A stretch of DNA of 58,632 nt, from contig NW_021833607.1 in NCBI RefSeq assembly GCF_006345805.1, positions 1 to 58,632 on the forward strand, given 5' to 3'. This DNA comes from Octopus sinensis. Lineage: Eukaryota. Both the position numbers and the translations under genes were made by a program. Of this stretch, positions 51,675 through 58,632 are shown piece by piece. The notes beneath the pieces are model-generated. The model did not search any database. It was not told the origin of the DNA and saw only the letters and a list, made by a program, of their open reading frames with translations. The first letter of the stretch is position 1; every line of letters starts with the position of its first letter.

Positions 51675-51715
51675 GTATGTATGTATGTATGTATGTATGT
51701 ATGTATGTATGTATG

Positions 51716-51770
<55 letters not shown>

Positions 51771-52872
51771 GTGTGTGTGTGTATGTATGTATATCGGTTC
51801 GTGAATGTGTGCTGTGTGTGCGCGTGTATGTATGGGTATATGCGTGTATATGTATGGGTATTTGTGCGCGTATGAATGGGTATCTGTGCGTGTATACAAG
51901 GGTATATATGTGTGTGTCAATGGGTGTATGTGTGTTTGCTAGTGTGTGTGTGTGTGTGTGTGTGCGTATGTATGTGCATATGCGTGTATGCATAGGTATA
52001 TATGTGGATATGGATGTATGTATAGGTATATATGTATGTATGAATGGAAGTATGTTCGAGTGCTGGGTGCATATGTTTGTGCGAGCGTATACATCTTTGG
52101 GTATATGTGTGTGTAAGCGGGTATATATGTGTGTATGCTGGTATATGCGTGTATGCGGGTATATGTATGTAGGTATGTGTGTGTGTATGCATGTATATAT
52201 TTGTTTATGCGGGTATATGTGCTTATGCGGGTATATGTGTGTAAGCGGGTATATACGTGTATATATGTGTATGTATGTGTGTAAATGCGGGTAAATGATT
52301 GTATATGTGAGGATATAGGTGTGTACGCAAGTATATATGTGCATATGCGGGTATATGTGTATGTGGGTATATATGTGTGTATGCAAGCATAAATTTGTGT
52401 ATACGGGTATACGTCTACGTAATGCGGGTATATGTGAGTGCGTATATGAGAGTATATGTGTATGTGTATGCATAATAGAGCATGCGGGTGTATGTGTTTG
52501 ATGGGTATATGTGGTTATGTGCGCGTCACTGGGTATATGTATGTTTGGGCTTGGGGGTTGGAGTGCCTGGGTATATGTATATATGTATGTGAGTAAATGC
52601 AGATTCTTTAAGTATATATGCGTGGATATCAGTATGTATGTGCGCAAATTTGATGCATGAGAGTATGCGTGTATATGAGTGTGTGTGTGTGTGTGTGTGA
52701 GTGTGCGCGTGTATATATATATATATATATATTTTATATTTATATACATGTATGCATGTATGTATATTTACATGAAGTATGTATATATCTATGTATCTAT
52801 CAGTCCCAGTATGTATACATATACACCTACATATGTGCATACATGGATACTGATATATAAATATAATATATA

Positions 52873-52927
<55 letters not shown>

Positions 52928-53069
52928 ATATACCTCATACACACACGCACACACGTAGATATGTGTATCTTTGTCACTATCTCTGACTCTGTATGTCTAT
53001 ATGCATACACAAAGGCGTATAAGTCTGTACATGCGCATGTATGTATGTATGTACGTATGCAAGTCAGTA

Positions 53070-53102
<33 letters not shown>

Positions 53103-53275
53103 GTACGTATGCTGTGTCGCATTATTTAAAATGCGAGCGTAAATTACTGAACACAGTAATATTGTTAATATATTATTAACAATTTCTTCATATATATAAA
53201 TATACATATATATACATATATCTATACAAACACATATATATATATTTATATGTGCGTGTGTGCGTACATACAACC

Positions 53276-53307
<32 letters not shown>

Positions 53308-53337
53308 CATATATATTATATATACATACATACAACC

Positions 53338-53382
<45 letters not shown>

Positions 53383-53383
53383 G

Positions 53384-53414
<31 letters not shown>

Positions 53415-53419
53415 GTATA

Positions 53420-53491
<72 letters not shown>

Positions 53492-53563
53492 ATACATATA
53501 TATTATATATATATTATATATACATATACATATACATATATATATATATATATAAATATATCC

Positions 53564-53650
<87 letters not shown>

Positions 53651-53839
53651 TATACATATGTATGTATGTATTTATGATGTTCTGGGATTTAAGTGAATGA
53701 ATATGTTCGGCTTGTATAGTGTTAGCTTTAAGATTGTTAACGAAAGGTTGCTATATTCGTTGATATTCGGCGTTTCCCTGCATTAGTGATGGCCCACGAT
53801 ATAGGGTCTAGTGGTCGATCTTGCTGTAACAAGGCACTG

Positions 53840-53874
<35 letters not shown>

Positions 53875-54184
53875 TGTATGTATGTATGTATGTATGTATG
53901 TATGTATGTATGTATGTATGTATGTATGTATGTATGTATGTATGTATGTATGTATGTATGTATGTATGTATGTGTTTGTGTGTGTGTATGTGTTTGTGAG
54001 AGAGACAGAAATAAATAGGTAGATAGCGTAAGGGGAATATATAGAACTTGACACTTTACTGTACGTATGCGTATTTACGTATCCTTGTATACGCATGCGT
54101 TTGTATGTATTAATGAACACGCTTTGTTTTGGTGTGCAGTCATACAAATGTGTATACAGTTCTCTCTCTCTCTCTCACCTCTGT

Positions 54185-54224
<40 letters not shown>

Positions 54225-55229
54225 TCACACATTTTTACGTTGTTAAATATATATACAGGATGTCCCCAAAAATGTATACACACCTTAAATAATTGTAAAT
54301 TTGTTATTCTTTGTAAGCCTAGAACTTATTCTATCGTTCTATTTTGCCGAACCACTATGTGTATACATTTTTTGGGGACACCCTGTATATATCTATATGT
54401 ATAAATATATGTCTATATATATATAAGTGTGTGTGTGTATTTATGTGCTTATGTGCATGTGTCAGTGTATGTGCACCTACTTACAATCCTACCCAGCTGC
54501 AGGTAGTGACAAACTGTGCACATGCACCATTCACTGCACACATATGGCGAATTGTGTGTTGTTTTCTCGTATTCATGACGAAATATACCAACGCGCTCAT
54601 ATATAATTCGCTTACATACACACCGGCACACACAAACGCACATATTCATTCATACATACGTACATATATGCAAACATACATACACTCATACATACAAGCA
54701 AAAATTCAGAGGAAGAGTAAGATAGGCAGACACATTCTTGCATTTGTGTGTATGGTGCCTGCATTGTGCATATGTGCATATATGTGTGACAACACATACT
54801 CATGTTTTGAGTTCTAGTTTTGCTGTTTGCGTCGCCAAACCAACATATATTTATAACTATATATATATATATACATATATGTAGAAGGTTTAAAAGGAAC
54901 ACACGAGTTGATATATACATACATACATATATACATATATAAATAAATAAATAAATAAATATATATATATATATATATATATAATTATATATATGTATAT
55001 ATTATAATATAATATATATATATATATAATATATATATATATATATTATATACGTATATATATATATAGTATATATTATATACATATACATATATATATG
55101 CATATATATATATATATATATATATATGCTTACATACATGCACATATATACACCCACATATATATTCACAGATGTGTGTGTGGTTTGTGTATGTTTGTGC
55201 TTGTGAATGTATGTATGTATGTATGTATG

Positions 55230-55263
<34 letters not shown>

Positions 55264-55330
55264 TGTGTAGGTGTGTATCTCTGTATATAGTGCGTGTGGG
55301 TGTTGTATTCCATTTGCAGTCATACCGCTG
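50900..55330. repeat. Compound microsatellite region, including a degenerate gcgggtatatgtgt tandem (~51800-52600)
   Basis: Directly visible (TG)n, (TATC)n, (CATC)n, (TATG)n and (TA)n. Confidence 0.93.
54256..54385. mobile_element. 130-bp Tc1/mariner-type MITE with a SINE-derived interior
   Basis: TIR cagg(a/g)tgtccccaaaaatgtatacaca with TA flanks; 54303-54353 matches the family A tail in reverse. Confidence 0.85.
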
Positions 55331-56293
55331 TAAATATGTCACTAGTATACCCTGGGTATTGAAAGCACGTGTGCTGAAAATATTATTCTTTTGAGAATGT
55401 CAAATAATGGAAGGCATATGTTCTTCTCTGTGCTTAATGCATTTTAAATGTTAATATGATTAATATGTCATATGCTTAACCATCATATTTTTCATATTGT
55501 ATTCAGAGTAAATACAGTTAATGACGCTTGTTGAATGTCATAGATTTTATGCCATAAGTTTGATGTTCTACGATTAATATCATATCTATAATCTTAATAT
55601 GTTGTACGTTATATATTTAAGGTGTGTTGTGTGTTAATGTCATATGTTTTATGCGATATACTTAACATCATGCTTATTTGATATATTTACTGTTATATGT
55701 TGAACATCGTATATATCTAGTGTGCTATGCATAACGTCACCCACTTAAAATGATGTATTTAATGTAATAAGTTTAATGTCAAATTTCAGATATGCTCAAC
55801 GTCAGATCTTTAGTTTTATACGTTTTGTGGCACTTTGAAAGCTTTATGGCTAATGACACGTTGCTTGGTGGGACGTGATTAATGCATCCTTAAGATCATT
55901 TCTCTAACGTCTTATATCTAACATCGAATATTTCACGTCACCTTCTTCAGTTGCAGAAATAGCCATGTCGTTAAGTAGTTTGCTTTGAGCTACATATATT
56001 TCATGGTTCGATCGCGCTGCACGTCATCCGAGACAAATGTATTTTCCTAATTACTTCGAGTTTAACAAGAAATTTTTGATAGACGGAAACGTTCGGATGG
56101 ATGGAATTCAATTAATCCATTGGCAAACCAGTGTACATAATGTGCTAAGTACACTGCTGGATATTCAACCATTACTCCACAGTCCTTCCCTTAACCCCTT
56201 TCCTGTCCAAAACATTTTCATAAGCTTGTCCTTAACACCCATGCTTGTTTTTAGATTTTTTGTTAGCCCTTGTTTCATACGTTATGAATAATA

Positions 56294-56838
56294 TTGGGTT
56301 GTCCGGAAAGTTCGTGCCGACTTTTAAAGGAAAGAAAAAGGTCAATAAATACCTGCCATTACATTTTTAATCAACCAAATATGAACCATTTTGTTGTACA
56401 ATGCGTCTCCATCTTTCCTTTAACTTGCAAATACCCTCTTCTTAGAATTGAGCTGGTTTCATGGCAAAGAATTCATTAAGGTATCTTTTTACGTCATCTA
56501 AGGAATTGAAATTTTTACCATTAAGACTACTCTGGAGAGACCTGAATAAGTGGACATCTGAATGAGCAATATCTGGTGAATATGGAGGGTGGGGTAACAC
56601 ATCCCAGCCGAGCTGCAGCTATTTTAGTATCAAGTGCCGAACTTTCCTATCTTCCATTTTAAAAGGTTACAGAATTAATACAAGTTATATGAACATAAAC
56701 CTTCTTCCACGAAAAGATAGCTTAAACTGTGCTCAAAATGGAGGTGTAGTCAAATACTATTTTATGGACTCAACCATGTTCTAAAATAAGTCGAAAGATA
56801 AGCTACTATAAATCGGCACGAACTTTACGGACAACCAA
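56294..56838 (-). mobile_element. Mariner deletion derivative with both TIRs (545 bp)
   Basis: TIR ttg(g)gttgtccg(g/t)aaagttcgtgccga with TA flanks; minus strand retains LPHPPYSPDIA...HLFRSLQ. Confidence 0.9.
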
Positions 56839-56974
56839 TATAAAGCTTTTCTTTCACAAGTCACAAGATACTCTGATGGTTGATAAAAGTTTGGGATGTG
56901 TATCATATATAATGCATGTTCATGTTTTATGTGATATACTTAGCATCATGTTTATTTGATATATTTATGTTATA

Positions 56975-57111
56975 GGCGCAGGCGTGACTGTTTGGTAAGA
57001 AGCTTGCTTCCCAACCGCATGGTTCCTTGGACAAGTGTTTTCTACTTTAGCCGCCGGCCGACCAAACCCTTCTGAGTGGATTTGGTAGACGAAAACTGAA
57101 ATGAAGCCCGT

Positions 57112-57186
<75 letters not shown>
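56975..57186 (+). mobile_element. SINE family A, 5' half
   Basis: Head plus core, ending in the internal (TA)/(TG) tract. Confidence 0.85.
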
Positions 57187-57200
<14 letters not shown>

Positions 57201-57219
57201 TATATATATATATATATAT

Positions 57220-57475
57220 AAAAGGAAATGAAGAAAATGCTGACAAAAGGATTTAAGTAAGGGAGAGTGTATTTAATTAGGTGAAAGTTCTTTTTACCGG
57301 TTGCGCATTTTTCTCTATAAGAGAAAAAAATCTATCAGAAAGGAACTCTATCTCTCTTTAAAAATATCTTTTGATAAGCATAACAAATGCGCAACCGGTA
57401 AAAAGAACTTTCACCTAATTAAATACACTCTCCCTTACTTAAATCATTTTGTCAGCATTTTCTTCATTTCCTTTT
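57220..57475. mobile_element. Palindromic element with 91-bp arms (57220-57310 / 57385-57475)
   Basis: One mismatch between arms; 74-bp spacer. Confidence 0.92.
57367..57406 (+). ncRNA. Candidate hammerhead-like motif, U3-A8 core with GCAA in place of GAAA
   Basis: tctt-TTGATAA-gcat/aacaa/atgc-GCAA-ccgg-TA-aaaaga; stem I weak. Confidence 0.5.
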
Positions 57476-57540
57476 TTTATATATCACAACTCGTGTTCCA
57501 CATCTCCTTTTTTAAATATATATATATATATTATATATAT

Positions 57541-57588
<48 letters not shown>

Positions 57589-57589
<1 letters not shown>

Positions 57590-58210
57590 GAGGTCTGATC
57601 AATAAGTATCCGGACTGTTGCCATGGTACGACGCTAAAGCGCGTAGATTGAAGCCGCTTGGCAAAGATTGATCTTGAACTCTGCTGTGCATGCACACTAA
57701 GTTTTAACGCTCTAGTTCACTTCCGCTGTTTACACCAGTGCTTAGCAAGAATGTGTGTAGCGTGTGATCGTCCTATTGACCATGACAGAGAAAGTTATCA
57801 TGGTGATACCTGCTCAGAGGCCTACGCAATGTTGCAGATAGTGTACGAAGAGGAGTGTATGAGCCGCACACATGGTGTACAAGTGGTTCAGACGTTTCCA
57901 AGATGACCGAAAAAATGTCGATATTGATGAACGTTCTGGGAGACTCGCAACCAGCAGAACTGAGAAAAACATCGCAGATATGCGTGCAGCTGTGAGGGGA
58001 AATCGTCGAATCACCATCTGTGAGTTATCAGAGGGTGTGCAGATTAGTTACGGTTGAGTTCACTGAAGATTTGGGTACGAAACGCATGTCCGCCAAGTTT
58101 GTGCCAAAACTGCTTTCAGCTGACCAAAAGTACACTCAAGTTTCAGTTGCACAATATCTTGATTGTGTCGAGAACGATGAAAATTTTTTTAAACTTTGCG
58201 TAGGCATCAC
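57589..58210 (+). mobile_element. Mariner 5' half, same family as 23294
   Basis: TA|cgaggtctgatcaataagtatccggactg; HTH transposase N-terminus; breaks off after CVENDEN. Confidence 0.88.
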
Positions 58211-58632
58211 TTGTTTTCTGTATTCAAAATTCGGACAGAACTTATGGGATGACCTGATATTTAATGTAATAAGTTTAATATCCTTTGTGTCGCATGTAAT
58301 ACACAAACCAGGCTATTGGTTAAAATCCAGTATCATTTGTTTTGTGTTAAATGCTTGATTGTTAATATATAAAGAATGAAATATCAAATGTATTTCGTAT
58401 AGAGATGTGTCAGTAGCGCTTTGTGGTATACCCTCTTGAATTTATAAACGTATTAATCTGAACCCTGTCTAAATGAAGACCTGGAGAGTGCAATCAACAA
58501 AGGGTTACGGATAGCAATGTGGCCCAAGTGTATTCAAGAGGGAGGGCAGTCTTCGTTGAATCTGGCTGGGTCGATATTGTTTCTCATCCTTCCGCCAGCG
58601 ATGAAATTAGTATCGATTTAAGAACTGGAATC

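Overview
AT-rich, microsatellite-saturated eukaryotic non-coding DNA. The tRNA-derived SINE families and the (TA)n/(TATC)n/(TATG)n/(CA)n load are those I associate with an Octopus (coleoid cephalopod) genome; this is an inference, not a database result. I cannot support any host protein-coding exon, rRNA, tRNA gene or CRISPR array, and most ORFs in the supplied track are translations of microsatellites. The window is mostly transposon debris. It holds two abundant SINE families and LINE fragments (REL-type R4/Dong-like, Tx1/L1-like, RTE, and one with a CCCH ORF1 plus APE domain). It also holds a Penelope-like element with an inverted arm, several Tc1/mariner relics (one full-length Tc1 with TIRs), a pogo/Tigger fragment and Helitron pieces. 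Main result of the hunt: at least six unrelated loci carry minimal type-I hammerhead-ribozyme-like folds. Five of them lie in inverted-repeat elements, four of which look like MITEs. The tertiary 3-8 base pair covaries between families (C3-G8, U3-A8, G3-C8), and a C4 variant occurs twice. This suggests many of the palindromes are miniature Penelope-type ribozyme retroelements. Other notable observations: a 60-bp minisatellite amplified from a Helitron helicase motif, SINE dimers and trimers each enclosed by a single TSD pair, and two A-to-G-converted islands. All folds were worked out by eye and are untested.
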